Assembly: GCA_030390025.1 (NCBI GenBank)
Contig: CM059434.1
Span: forward strand, 46,624,001-46,688,000
Reading direction: 5' to 3'
DNA from: Squalus acanthias
Taxonomy: Eukaryota
DNA length: 64,000 nucleotides
Positions 11,600 to 25,045 of the stretch are shown here, piece by piece (the first letter of the stretch is position 1; each line of letters opens with the position of its first letter). The notes under the pieces are model-generated. The model saw only the letters and a program-made list of their open reading frames with translations. It was not told where the DNA came from and searched no databases. The position numbers and the translations under genes were made by a program.

Positions 11600-11945
11600 A
11601 ACTAATTGTACAAATCAAGTACTCCTAGTTCAGGCAAATGGTTAGATGCAGGATAAAGTTTTGTCTCCACTAGCCCAACAATGTACCTTAACCCTAATCT
11701 AGAAAAAGTATTGACTACTACACAAGTATGCTGCTTCAATTTCCCATGTCTGAGCAAAATTGCCCAATTAGTGCCAAGTTTTGAGTTGGTTGTGTCCACT
11801 ATGAACTGTTGATTGAGTTGAGATTGCTGACACTCATTTCACTTAGTCCTCTTATAGCCAGTACAGAAATAATTTCATCTATTGGTTTGGGCTGGGTTTA
11901 AACCCAGGGCCGAGAGCTAAAAGGATAGTACTAAAATCCACTGTC
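11600..11945 (-). mobile_element. LF-SINE-like ancient SINE
   Basis: Reverse complement has TTGGCACTAATTGG and GTGAAATGAGT blocks recalled from the LF-SINE consensus; related pieces at ~22930-23210, ~58400-58660 and ~61150-61270. Confidence 0.55.
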
Positions 11946-11954
11946 ATTCTAAAG

Positions 11955-14522
11955 ATGATCCCGAAAGGACTACAGATCACGAACCCACTCAAGTCGACAT
12001 ACAACACAGACTATGCTGAGAGACTCTGCCGTCGTACCTCTCGCACACTCCTCAACCATCTCGTACACCAGCTCTACAGCAAACGCCACAACCTCGAAAC
12101 CAAGATAGAGTCCATGCTCTCAGCCTGTGCTCAGGACACAGCAGACCAGTTACGAGACACCGCCAAACAGACGAGGCAACGGAACTACGCTGCCTACATG
12201 CGCATCAAGAACAGGAAGCTTGAGAAACTCGGCATCACCACCAGCAGCAACCAAGCCTCCCCCGGTACCACGGCTGCAACCACAGGGAAGTCCATCGTCA
12301 ACTTGTCCGACCATACCCTTCAACCAGACGAAATCGAAGTTCTCGCCCTAGAGCTCAAGTTCTGCCCAACCACCAAAATGGACCCCATCGGTCTCGCGGC
12401 AGACACGGAGGAATTCATCAGGAGAATGAGGCTCCGGGAATACTTCCACAAATCCCAAGATGTCAGCAACAAACCCAATGAGACAATCAATGATCCAGAA
12501 CAGCAGACAGAGGGACTCGCAGTGCAGCAACCGAAGAAAAAAGAGTCAAACTGGACCCCTCCGGAGGGTCGATGCCCCAAGCTTGACATGTATGCTCAAG
12601 CGGTCAGGAGATGCATCAACGCCAGATTCATCAGCTGCACTCACAAGACAGTCCAGAATGTCACCCGAGCACAACGCAACGCCATCCACGCTCTCAAGAC
12701 CAACTGCAACATCGTCATCAAACCAGCGGACAAAGGAGGAGCCATCGTCATACAGAACAGAACGGACTATTGTAAAGAAGCATAACGACAACTGGACAAC
12801 CAGGAACACTACAGACAGCTACCCGCAGATCCGACCAAAGAACACACCCGCCAACTCAATAGACTGATCAAGACCTTCGATCCAGACCTTCAAAACATCC
12901 TACGCGCTCTCATCCCACGTACTCCCCGCATGGGAGACTTCTACTGCCTCCCAAAGATACACAAAGCCAACACACCCGGACGTCCTATCGTATCAGGCAA
13001 TGGAACCCTGTGTGAGAACCTCTCTGGATACGTCGAGGGCATTCTGAAACCCATCGTACAGGGAACCCCCAGCTTCTGTCGCGACACTACAGACTTCTTA
13101 CAGAAACTCAGCACCCACGGACCAGTTGAACCAGGAACACTCCTCGCCACGATGGACGTATCGGCACTCTACACCAGTATCCCCCACGATGACGGCATCG
13201 CTGCGACAGCCTCAGTACTCAACACCAACAACAGCCAATCTCCAGACGCCATCCTACAACTCATCCGCTTCATCCTTGACCACAATGTCTTCACCTTCGA
13301 CAACCATTTTTTTACCCAAACACACGGAACAGCCATGGGGACCAAATTCGCACCCCAATACGCCAACATCTTCATGCACAAGTTCGAGCAAGACTTCTTC
13401 GCTGCACAGGACCTCCAGCCAACGCTGTACACCAGATACATCGACGACATTTTCTTCCTTTGGACCCATGGCGAAGGATCACTGAAAAGACTACACGATA
13501 ACATAAACAAGTTCCATCCCACCATCAAACTCACCATGGACTACTCCTCAGAATCGGTTTCATTCTTGGACACACGAATCTCCATCAAAGACGGACGCCT
13601 CAGCACTTCACTCTACCGCAAGCCCACGGACAACCTCACGATGCTCCACTTCTCCAGCTTCCACCCTAACCACGTTAAAGAAGCCATCCCCTATGGACAA
13701 GCCCTGCGAATACACAGGATCTGCTCAGACGAGGAGGAACGCGATGGACACCTACGGACGCTGAAAAACGCCCTCGTAAGAACGGGATATGACGCTCGAC
13801 TCATCGATCGACAGTTCCGACGGGCCACAGCGAAAAATCGCATAGACCTCCTCAGAAGGCAAACACGGGACACAACCAACAGGGTACCCTACGTCGTCCA
13901 GTACTTCCCCGGAGCGGAGAAACTACGCCATGTTCTTCGCAGCCTTCAACATGTCATCGATGACGACAAACACCTCGCTAAGGCCATCCCCACGCCTCCA
14001 CTACTTGCCTTCAAACAGCCGCCTAACCTCAGAAGTACCATCGTTCGCAGCAAATTACCCAGCTTTCAGGATAACAGCGACCACGACACCACACAACCCT
14101 GCCACGGCAAACTCTGCAAGACATGCCAGATCATCAACACAGATACCACCATCACACGTGAGGACACTACCCACCAGGTACATGGTACATACTCATGTGA
14201 CTCGGCCAACGTTGTCTACCTCATACGTTGCAGGAAAGAATGCACCGCGGCATGGTACATCGGCGAGACCATGCAGACACTGAGACAACGTATGAACGAG
14301 CACCGCGCAACAATCACCAGGCAGGATTGTTACCTCCCAGTCGGGGAACACTTCAGCAGTCAAGGACATTCAGCCTCGGATCTGCGGGTAAGCGTTCTCC
14401 AAGGCAACCTTAGAAACACACGACAACGCAAAATCATCGAGCAGAAACTGATAGCCAAGTTCCGCACTCATGAAGACGGTCTCAACCGGGATCTTGGGTT
14501 TATGTCACGATACATGACGTGA
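11955..14522 (+). pseudogene. PLE reverse transcriptase / GIY-YIG endonuclease, single in-frame TAA at 12783-12785
   Basis: KPADKGG, LPKIHK..PGRPI, TMDVSALYTSIP, GTAMG, YTRYIDD, CHGKLCKTC linker, VVY..C..WYIGET..R..EH; both ORF halves in the same frame. Confidence 0.93.
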
Positions 14523-14941
14523 TCCGGACTCGAGTCGTCGTTGGCCTGTTCACAGATGTGATTCCCAGTAAAAAAGTAAAAATTTTCCCAGTAAAAAAGT
14601 AAAAATTTTACAGCTTATCGTTTTACATACAGACGGCAGCTTTTGACACGTTAGACCCCCTGCGACTCCATCTCATTGTCTCAGTTGTATCTTGCTATGT
14701 CTTTGATGTGGTACCTTCCTGGCTGACCTGATTAACTTTATCACACCTCGGCAGATAGTCAGGATGATTTAATTTAGTTGTCTGCAATTGTAAGGTACAC
14801 ATGCATTGTTCTCTATCTATATATGCTTTGTCGAGTCTGTATTTCTTTACTTCACCTGAGGAAGGGGCGATCGATAGCTCCGAAAGCTTGTGATTTCAAA
14901 TAAAACTGTTGGACTATAACCTGGTGTTGTGCGACCTCTCA
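11956..14941 (+). mobile_element. 5'-truncated Penelope-like retroelement, family 1 (Neptune-type)
   Basis: RT plus Cys linker plus GIY-YIG ORF, 3' hammerhead motif, 10-bp TSD ATTCTAAAGA at 11946-11955 and 14942-14951. Confidence 0.93.
14851..14894 (+). ncRNA. Minimal type I hammerhead ribozyme motif (PLE family 1)
   Basis: TCAC-CTGAGGA-aGGGGC(gatcgata)GCTCC-GAAA-GCTT-GTGA: core boxes, stem I, stem II, palindromic AAGCTT in place of stem III. Confidence 0.7.
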
Positions 14942-14954
14942 ATTCTAAAGAGAG

Positions 14955-16720
14955 TCATAGAATCATAGAATAGTACAGCACAGAAGGAGGCCATTTGGCC
15001 TATCGAGTCTGCGCCGGCTCTTTCGAAGAGCAATCCAGTTAGTCCCACTCCCCCGCTCTTTCCCCATATCCCTGCAATTTTTTCTCTTTCAAATATTTAT
15101 TCAATTCCCTTTTGAAGGCTACTATTGAATCTGTATCCACTACCCTATCAGGCAGTGCATTCCAAATCCTAACCACTCGTTGCGTAAAAAAGTTTTTCCT
15201 CATGTCGCCTCTGGTTCTTTTGCCAATCACTTAAATCTGTGTCCTCTGGTTATTGACCCTTCAGCCATTGGAAACAGTTTCTCTTTATTTACTCTGTCTA
15301 AACCCTTCATGATTTTAAACACCTCTATCAAATCTCCTCTTAGCCTTCTCTGCTCTAAGGAGAACAACCCCAGCTTCTCCAGTCTATCCACGTAACTGCA
15401 AATCCTCATCCCTGGAACCATTCTAGCAAATCTCTTCTGTGCCCTCTCCAAAGCCTTCACATACTTCCTAAAGTGTGGTACCCAGAATTGGACACAATAC
15501 TCCAGCTGGGGCCAAACTAGCGTTTTATATAGGGTTAACATAACTTCCTGACTTTTGTACTCTGGGGGGGGCGATTTTCCCAGCCCTGGGGAGGTGGGTA
15601 TGGAGGCGGGACTGCCAGGAAAATGGCAGAATCTGGGAGCGGGTACCCATCCCGCCCCCAACCTGCCTCTATGCCATCTTCCCAGGAGGCGGGTGCCCGA
15701 CCTGCGCCGGGTCCCGTCTCCTCGAGGCGGGAAGGGGATTAGTGCCAATTAACTGCCTGTTAACAGGTAGTTAACAGACAGTTTTTTGGCTAATCCCTAT
15801 TTTGAGCCCTAAAGTGTGGGCTTCCCGATGGCTCCGAACCTCGCCTGGGTCAGCGAGGTGAGCCGTGGGTCTGCGGGGGTCGGAGGGGCCGAAACGTCCG
15901 GTGTGCAGGTGAGTGATGAGTGCAAGTGTGGAGAGGTAAGTCTAAAGTGTGAGGTGAGTCTAAAGTGTTTTAATAAGATTACTTACCTTTGCTTCTTCCT
16001 CCAGGCTTCATCCCTTTAGGCTGCGGAGCTGCCTCATCTCACCGGCAGAGAAAGCAGAATGGCCGCTGCATTCTTAAATGCAGCAGCCTTCTGCTTTCTG
16101 CTCAGGAAAGCTTTCTAAGTGAGTCTGTGTCCTAGGTCTCAACTTAGAAGACAGATTGTCAGTGTTTGGCAGCTTCACAGAGCTGTCAAACGATAACAAT
16201 TAATCTGTCAAAAAATCTTGACAGATGAAGCATCATACACTGACATCATCTGTCACTGGCTTTCCCTTAATTGGCCAGCTAAGCCCGCTGGGCGGGCTTA
16301 ACAAGGCCAATCAAGGGAAAATAGCATGGGTTGGCCAGACATCAATGGAGGCGGGACTAAAACCCGACAAGCAGCTTTCCCGCCTCCATCATGTCCCCAT
16401 TGATAAAATCACCCCCAACGCCTCTATTTATAAAGCCCAGGATTCCGTCTGCTTTATTAACTGTTTTGTTAACTTGTCCTGCCACCATCAAAGATTTGTG
16501 CACAAGCACCCCCAGGTCTCTCTCTTCTTGCACCCCCTTGAAAATTGTACCATTTAGCATGTATTGTCTCTCCTCATTCTTCCTACTAAAATATATCACC
16601 TTACACTTTTCTGCATTGAATTTTATCTGCCATGTCTCCACCCATTCCGCCAGCTTGTCTATGTCCTCTTGAAGTCTATTACTATCTTTCTCACTGTTTA
16701 CTACACTTCCACGTTTCCTA
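14955..16720 (-). mobile_element. 5'-truncated CR1 LINE interrupted by a MITE
   Basis: CATAGAATCATAGAA tail; EQRRLRGDLIEVFKIMKG and RLQEDIDKLAEW peptides on either side of the insertion. Confidence 0.9.
15564..16416 (+). mobile_element. MITE family A copy 1 (Harbinger-like, ~850 bp)
   Basis: TIR GGGGGCGATTTT / AAAATCACCCCC; colinear with 23655-24501 and 28947-29792; no coding capacity. Confidence 0.85.
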
Positions 16721-17776
16721 AGTGAAATGAATCCAAGCAATCTTAACTCTGTTTCTAGTCCTTAAGAACCCACAGCAAAAAGATGGCCCACAATTGACAG
16801 TAAATTGCCTAACCATCTTAGGAAAGCTGGTAAGATGGTTGGCATAAGAAATGGAAAATATGCATTGGTGCAGGAGTGAGTGCTCTTTTGAGATTGAGGT
16901 TAAGGCCTACTAATAAGCAACAGTAAAGAAAGATTCATTGTGCATTCAGCTGTGGTCACCTTGAGCTGGAAATACTTAATGCCAGCATAAGAGAATAAAA
17001 AAGATAAATTTCTAGTACAAATAGTGCTGATCTCGTAAAGCACCAAGAGACCCTAGAATTGAAAAGGAACAATGATTACTATAATTTTAAGGTATTAGAA
17101 TCTGTCCTAGGGAGCAATTTGGTGTCATTTGGATTCTGAAGCACCTTTCTGCAATCTGTAGTGTGAATCTAGGGGTATGGAATAAGTTTGATAAACAAGG
17201 AATACCAATATAACCAGCAATGAGGGGATAAGTCGGGAGCAGCCATACAACTGGCAAGAAGCGTGCACCTCAACAGTCGGCAGCTGGAAGCCATCTTTAA
17301 CTGCACTGTGCACAAAATTATGCCACTTACTTTTCTCTCCTCTGGCCCCTAATCTTTATTAATGTTTTCCCCATTCAGGTCTTCTCACCCAAGAAGGCAG
17401 CTAGGTGACCCTTTACCAGATCTGTGGCAGTTGTACTGACTCCAAGGACGGGCACAAGAGCAGCCTGCATTGACTTCTGATATCCCATCCCTCTCGGGAA
17501 GTATCTTGTCTTCGTTTGATCCCAACCAAGATCTCAAACACACCGTATGGGGACTGTGGACATAATCCTACACTGAGTCGCTCCACAGCACAATACATTG
17601 GCACACCCAGCCCAAACAGTCATGACACCTGCCACTTGCTTGAGTGAATTGCTAGGACCCATATTTTAGGATTTGACACTTCCAGGTAATGATGTGAGAG
17701 CCGGCCTCCTGGCTCAGTTTCTGGGCTGTGACCATTCAGAGCCCCAGTGGAGAGGCACCTGAAGGTACCCGGTCCA

Positions 17777-17836
17777 TGGCGGAGCAGGCTCAAAGGGCTG
17801 TATGGCCTACTCCTGCTCCTATTCCTTATGTTCTTA
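17777..17836 (+). mobile_element. Very short CR1 3'-terminal fragment
   Basis: GGCGGAGCAGGCTCAAAGGGCTG.ATGGCCTACTCCTGCTCCTATTCCTTATGTTCTTA. Confidence 0.75.
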
Positions 17837-20354
17837 CGAGGCTGCTCCCAGACCTCCGTGGATCCCTTCTGTGGTTCCTGGGAGCAGGGCGAAGAGAAAG
17901 CAGGCAAGTACAAAAATTGTCGGTGCACCCTACCTTCCCCCAAGACAACCTGAAGGCTTCAGGGCCTCGTCGGCTACGGCAACCGGAAGGTCCTGATGGC
18001 AGTAGCCAGGAAAACAGCTGAAGGCTGTTACTATTGGCCTCCAGCATCCCTGGCTAGGAAAAGAAAACTTGTTAGAAAGTGTGTGCACATCAGGTAAGGT
18101 CAGGAAAGACTCTGCTGTGATCCACTTCATGGTAGAATTGTCTGCCAACACTCACTGTCCATGATCAATGGCCACGTGTGTGAGTTTCCAAAAATCACCC
18201 ATGGAATCATATCCCAGTTTGAGTAGTGCCTTCAGGAGGGTTGAAAACTGGGAGTGTGGCAAATCCAAGCACTCATTTATATAGCAGAGTTAACACCACA
18301 ATTCATTCACTCTGCAATTATAGAGCTACAGAGTTTCAATGTATCTATTAACAGCTTTAAAAAAAACTAGTAGATCATGGGTTGTTCATGGGTCCTACAG
18401 GTAAAGAGAAGCACTCTGGCAACCAGTTCCCCTAATTCTCTATTCAGACCATTTTCAAAATATTGACCAAGACTCACTGATCAGCCACAGAATATTTTTT
18501 TCTAGCTCCACAGGCTATAACTGTGACAATAGTATTTTGCCGTGGTATAATTGATAGCTCTTTCAAAGCCTTTGGGCGAAAAGGCCTCATTTTGTGTTGT
18601 ATGATTTTATGATTTATAAACCACTTTGTGACCCTACCTATAATTCATATGGAATTCTATATTTATTCTGCTGTTAACTTCCAATATTAAAATTACTTAT
18701 GTGGTATACAGAAATTTACATACAATTTATTCAGAATGGCATAGCCCATGCCACACAAAGTCCTGCACTGTCATACCCCCCGTCCTTGCTAAGCTTCACT
18801 GGTCCCTGTGCCCCAACAAATTGATTCAAAGATCCTTGTTCTCACTTTTGGGGCATGCTTCGCCAGCAAATTTAGTTTTTTGACAACTTGTTCCGTGCAT
18901 TTTCCACCATGATTCAGTCTTTAAAGACAACAATAATTCATTCGGGAAGGATTACTTAAGCTATTTTAAATATTGAAATTAAGTAGTTGTTACTAACTTT
19001 GGAATAGCTTCACGTTGCAATCAAATTTGATGTGGCCTCTCACTAGGAACAGAGGCCAAACTAACTTCCTTTTTTGTAGATTGTGGGGCAGATAAGTTCA
19101 AAATAATGCAGAACAGCCCAAAGAATTTTATTTCTCTTACCAGTCTGCTGCTGGGCGATCACAAGCCAGCATGGGCCCCGTGTTCGTGCAGGTCCACTAA
19201 CGTAGAGCCTCTGCACATGGGCAAAGATTTCAAGCTTCCAGGAATGCACACAGCTGTTCCAATTCTGAGCATATGCACAGGCATTCAAATTTGGTGCAGC
19301 CACCCAACTCTGTGCATGCACACAAGGAATTTTCAGGGCACTCTGAAATGAATGACTGGTTGAGACAGTAGGGAGTACTGATTTCTGTCAGGAAATGCTG
19401 ACAGGACCTGGGAAATGTTGAAAGTCAGCATTAAACGCTGATGGTTGGCATGCATGCTTTTAAAAAATGTCAAACATTTGCTCACTGTATTATTGCTGAA
19501 ATATGCACAAGATCTTCTGTGTCCCCTTCTTATATGATAAACTTTAAGAGCAGGATTTTGATTACTGCAGCAGAATAGGTCTTAATTTTTTTAGCAGTAG
19601 TGGCACCTCTATAGTTTGGAGGGTGGGCTTAAGGTGAGAGACTCCATCTTGTTTTCTTCTGCTCCCTGTACTGTGCACTATACCCATGGCAGGGGTTGGC
19701 CAAGCAAGTAACAATGCTATTGTGAAACCATTCCTTTACCACTGCCAATTTGTTTCTCAGCTTCTGTCAATGTAGATCCTGAAGTAAACCACAAGGAAGT
19801 GCCCCAGAGTGGCTTAGTTACAGCCAAGCTCCCATTTATCTTTTACCAAGGAGGTACTATAACCTAATTAAACCCGGAGATGCTGGTGACCCCCAAATAA
19901 ACAGAAACAGAAATTACTTCAGGTGGAAGATGTACGGTCATTAATGGTCCACTGACTGACAGAACATAGAGAAGGCCCTTAAAATGTAAAACAAATTAAG
20001 ACATCCAATCAGTGTTGGCAACTAGGCAAAATGCCAGCTTTAATCTGTGGCAGAGATCCAACCACACTACTTGTATGAGATTTATCACATGACTTTTGAG
20101 AAAGAGGCTGAGGTAACACAAATCTATCTAGTTGACAGTTACTTCATTATGTAAATTGCAGACTAGCCTGAATAAGCCCCACTGTGAGGCAGGAGACCAG
20201 TACAGGACCTCAAGCTGCTCAGCAAAGAGTAGCTTAGAGGAAGGGATGTGACACAAGAGTGAACATTTTCACTTGCCCCATTTGACAGCAGATTCAACCA
20301 ATGCAGGCATTTTATGACTTTTGATCAAGTCACCTCCTTCATTCATAATTACTG

Positions 20355-20841
20355 AGCAATTTTAGTTAGCTCAGGTGGGAGCCTTGTAATCCATGCAAAT
20401 TGGGGTTCTATGACGTCATTAGGAGCACAATGACATTTTAACCGCAGATGGAGTGGTGCGCCTGCTGCAATCAACCCGCTCAAAGAAACCAAATCTGCAG
20501 GAACAAGAAGCCCTGTAAGCAGTGCTCCTCCGGGCCCCACACGAAAAGTCTGGGCCTTTGCTGCCCTGCGCTTTCCCATCCCATCCATGAGACCCTGCCA
20601 AAGTCGCACCCCCCCCCCCCCGCCCCACAACTTGTGTGAGTGCTGGTGGGTGGCCTCTGGGACGGCGATTTTCACCTGTCAGCAGCCGGTCAGTTGCCTC
20701 TTTCCACCCGTTTCTGGCAAACAGCTGGCTGGTGGTATATAAATGCAGCTCGGGAGTTAAAATAGCTCAGGCCTGGGCGGAGTGGTTGATACTCGCCCTG
20801 TACCTCACGTGCCCAAAACCCAGTCGCAGTTAAAATCCCCC
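20355..20841. mobile_element. Partial MITE-like element
   Basis: GC-rich, ends TAAAATCCCCC like the other TIRs; left end not found. Confidence 0.45.
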
Positions 20842-20915
20842 ACCACTGTCAGCATCAAACACTTCCGATTCAGGGATATATACCAAATGTTCAACTTTTA
20901 TGCAGTCAGTCAGCA

Positions 20916-21652
20916 CTCCTCAATCACCCTTAACAGCCCTTCCCCTTTACCCGGCACCTTCCCGTGCAAGCGCAGGAGATGCAACACCTGCCCTTTTACC
21001 TCCTCCCTTCCCACTGTCCAGAACCCCAAACACCCCTTCCAGGTGAAACAGCGATTTACTTGTACTTCTTGCAATTTAGTATACTGTATTCACTGCTTAC
21101 GATGCGGTCTCCTCTACATTGGGGAGACCAAACGCAGATTGGGCGACCGCTTTGCGGAACACCTCCGTTCAGTCCGTAAGGGTGACCCTGAGCTTCCGGT
21201 CACCTGTCACTTTAATTCTCCGCTTCACTCCCACTCTGATCTCTCTGTCCTCGGCCTCTTAGATTGTTCTAATGAAGCACAACGTAAGCTCGAGGAACAG
21301 CATCTCATCTTTCGATTAGGCACCTTACAGCCTTCTGGACTCAACATTGAGTTCAACAATTTAAACTATAACCCCTGTCCCCATTTTTCATGCTGTATGA
21401 TTTTGCCATTCCCATTTACAACATTTTATCTTTCCTGCCTCTTACCTAAGCAATGTATATTCCTTCAATTCCTTCCTCCCCTCCCACTCCCCCCCCCTCC
21501 CTGTCTCTGCACCTGCTTAATATCTGTTACATCTCCAGCTTTTTCCAGTTCTGATGAAGGGTCCCAGACCTGAAACGTTAACTCTGTTTCTCTCTCCACA
21601 GGATGCTGCCTGGCCTGCTGAGTGTTTCCAGCATTTTCTGTTGTTATTTCAG
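20916..21652 (+). mobile_element. PLE family 2, 3' fragment (GIY-YIG plus hammerhead end)
   Basis: FPCKRRRCNTC, LVYCIHC..CGLLYIGETKRRLGDRFAEH; closely similar to 49150-49605. Confidence 0.92.
21545..21586 (+). ncRNA. Minimal hammerhead ribozyme motif (PLE family 2)
   Basis: CAGTT-CTGATGA-AGGGTC(cca)GACCT-GAAA-CGTTA-ACTCTG; identical copies at 37810-37851 (-) and 38405-38446 (+). Confidence 0.75.
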
Positions 21653-22929
21653 CATTTTGAGGTTGCTATTTGCAAACAAAAATTAGCACTATTCCCAGAT
21701 GTATCCCCCAGCATCACTTCTGGCTGCATTCATCAGATCATTTGACAAATTCCTTTGGGAAAGGGCATTGTAGTTTGTCTGAGATTTAGAGATCAAATAT
21801 GCTATAAAGTGGCACAAAACAGTAAAAGTGATTGAAAGTCAAGATTAATGTGCAATTGAATTACCTAAGGGAGCAAACATTTATTGCTGGCAAAGTACCA
21901 CAGTTCAATGCGCAAGACAAAGACCTCCAACCAGTTGCTGGTGAAACCCCATGCATGCATTTAGTGCAACTCTCGCTATTGTGGTTCGACATTGTGCTAA
22001 TGAAAAAGAGACGGACAGCTTTATGCGTTACATCTGCAGGTAAAAGAATGGAATGTGTACGGCTCGAGAAACAGGGCAGAGAGTGAGAGGTGACGCTGGG
22101 GAGCAGCTTAGGACAGACATGAAGAGACGTGTGCATGTGAGGGAGGGATCATCTGGGAGAGAAAGAAAATTGAAAAAAGGAGAGAGCAACTGTAGCAACA
22201 GGGAAGAAAGCTTGTAGGTGATGACTTAAACATACAGTAAAACAATGTTGCCTATCAGCTACGTTTCAACATGACAGTAAACATTTTGAAATCAGTGAAA
22301 TGCGGACAAAAATCGGTGCTGCTCTAGACTATCATGCTGGCTCCTATCCGATGCTGTTCAGAGGGATGGATGTGTACTTTAGGTGGGAGTTCTCACAAAG
22401 CTTTCAAAAGATATGGAAATCCTGCACACAATTGAGCTCCATCCCCAGAGCAGAGGCATCAGCAGCTGCATAGGAGCCGGACCAACGGCTAGCATAAATG
22501 GGATGGGAGGAGAGGGAAAGAAGAATGGTAGCCTGAACAGGGAGCGAGGTGGGACAGGAGTGCCAGTACAAACTCTGCAGGCGGAAGCGGGGTGCACGTG
22601 GAGAGGACTGCCTCTGGGTCACTGTGGCAACATATAAACAATTTTAAAACAACTTAGCAACAGTGAGTACCAATATATATCCACAATGGCCCGCAATTCT
22701 CCACAAATACCACAACCTTCTGTTATGCAAGTGATGAGATGTTTAAATTACCTACGGCTTAATTTATGACAAACCATGCTCACTGCACTATTAATGTATC
22801 AGATCTCATATTGTTGTATCAGATTGTCATTGTTAATGTATCAGATTGTCAATGTTGTTTTTGAGCTGGCAGCTTTTCTGAAGCTATTTATTGAAGCTGT
22901 TGGTCAGCTTTAGCTAGCTTTCTAGGTTG

Positions 22930-23210
22930 TCATGTATGCAGGTGAGGTATAGTACAGTTAAGTGCTAGGTAAAGGCCCACTTACTCTGCTCAAACAACAT
23001 GCCTCAACCCAGCCTGCATAAAGCACCCTTTCGTAACAGTGTACTATTTTTCCATTTCCATTAGTGTTTAATTAAAACAGTACTGTTGTGCTACTAACCC
23101 CTGTAGAAACTGTTTTGAATCCCCTTATAGCCATCAGACAGAAGAGATTTTCATTTCTTCAGTCTGGGCTAGATGTCCCAGAGGTGAAAGGCCAGTGTCT
23201 AAACAGAACA
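22930..23210 (-). mobile_element. LF-SINE-like ancient SINE
   Basis: Reverse complement has GCCTTTCACCTCT head and GGGTTGAGGCA block. Confidence 0.55.
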
Positions 23211-23654
23211 CAACACAGTTGCTTTATCAGAGTTACCTTTCTGATCTCTCAGTTCCAGTAATGATATTTAGCTAAAATTGGATTAAAATCCTGTGCACAT
23301 ACTTGAATGGAAACAAAACAGCACATAAATGTCATTTCCTCGTATAGTTGGTTTGAGGCCTGTTGAAACAAGCTTTTGCTCTCCCCTAACAGTGAGAATT
23401 TTTTTACACTTGTGAAAGTAAATATTTTTGTAAGAACATCAAAAGAATAAAATGTGACAAACATGAAGAGATTAAATATCAGATTGATTGTGCTTCTTAT
23501 GTTAACCTAAAATAAAAAGTGGAGTCACTCTAGGATAATAATACTCCACTGCATTCAGTTGTCTTTTAGCAGAGATGTTGCACAATGACATGGAAACAAT
23601 CACAACAATATCCGCATCATGAACAATATCTGAGTTGGAGGAGTAAGAACACAA

Positions 23655-24501
23655 GGGGCGCGATCTTGCCAGCCCTGGGGAGGCGGGTATGGAGGCGGGA
23701 CTGCCGGGAAAATGGCAGAATTTTGGGGCGGGTGCCCAACCCGCCCCCAACCTGCCTCCGTGCCATCTTGCCAAGAGGCGGGTAGCCGACCCGCACCGGG
23801 TCCCGGCTCCTTGGAGGTAGGAAGGGGATTACAGCTATTTAACTGCCTGTTAACAGGTAGTTAACAGGCAGATAAGAGGATTATCCCCATTTTACCCACA
23901 CAAGTGTGGGCTTCCCGAAGGCTGCGAACCCTGCCAGGGTCACCGAGGCGAGCAGTGGGTCTGCGGGGGTCAGAGGGGTGCAAAAGTGCGCTGTGGAGGT
24001 AAGTGTTGGGTGCAAGTGTGGAGAGGTGAGTATGTGAGGTAAGTGGAAAGTGTTAGAAAAAGTTTACTTACCTTTGTTTCTTCCTGCAGGCTTCAAGAGT
24101 TGGGTATGCGGAGAGTCTCGCACCTCCGCGACAGAGATGACAGATGGCTGTTGCATTCTCCAATGCACCAACCATCTAATTTCTGCTAAAGAAAGAGGTT
24201 TGATGAGTCTTGAATTCAAGAACTCATCAAACAACAGAGAATGTCAATGTTTGACAGCTTCACAGAGCTGTCAAACGATGACAATTCATCTGTCAAAACT
24301 TTTTGACAGATGAAACGTCATACGCTGATGTTCTTTGTAACTGGCTTTCCCTTAATTGGCCTGCTAAGCCCGCTGGGCGGGCTTAACAAGGTCAATCAAG
24401 GGAAAATAGCGTGGGTTGGCCAGAAGTTGATGGAGGCGGGACATCGACCCGACAAGCAGCAGTCCCACCTCCAACGTGCCCCCATTGGCGAAATCGCCCC
24501 C
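23655..24501 (+). mobile_element. MITE family A copy 2
   Basis: TIR GGGGCGCGATCT / GAAATCGCCCCC; flanks AACAC-(C/A)AA-GTGTT. Confidence 0.85.
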
Positions 24502-25045
24502 AAAGTGTTTGTTTAATAGATCAGAAGTTGTCCTAAAAGCAACACAATGCATAAAACTGTAGTTGCTGCAGCTTCGAGAGGCAGTTATGTCTAGAGGCAG
24601 AGGTATCCATGGGAGCATGGGATCAGCATTGCCTGTGGGTTAACAAACAAATTTTGGTTTCAACATCAGCAACAACAACAACAACGTGCACTTATATGGC
24701 ACCTTTGTCATAGACGATGTTCCAACGCACTTCACAGAGGCGTAAGGAAAGAAAATGCAAGCTGACTTCCAAAAGTCGTTTGATAAAGTGCCACATAATA
24801 GGCTTACCAACAAAGTTGAAGCCCATGGAATAAAAGGGACAGTAGCAGCATGGATATGAAATTGGCTAAGTGACAGGAAACAGAGAGAAGTGGTGAACAG
24901 TTGTTTTTTGGACTGGAGGAAAGTATACAGTGGTGTTCCCCAGGGTCGGTACTAGGCCCACTGCTTTTCTTGATATATATTAATGACTTGGACTTGGGTG
25001 TACAGGGCACAATTTCAAAATTTGCAGATGACACAAAACTTGGAA

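Noticed and set aside
15227-15748. Fusion ORF of a Pro/Gly/Arg-rich segment to the CR1 C-terminus
   Set aside because: Chance read-through from the GC-rich MITE end into CR1 ORF2
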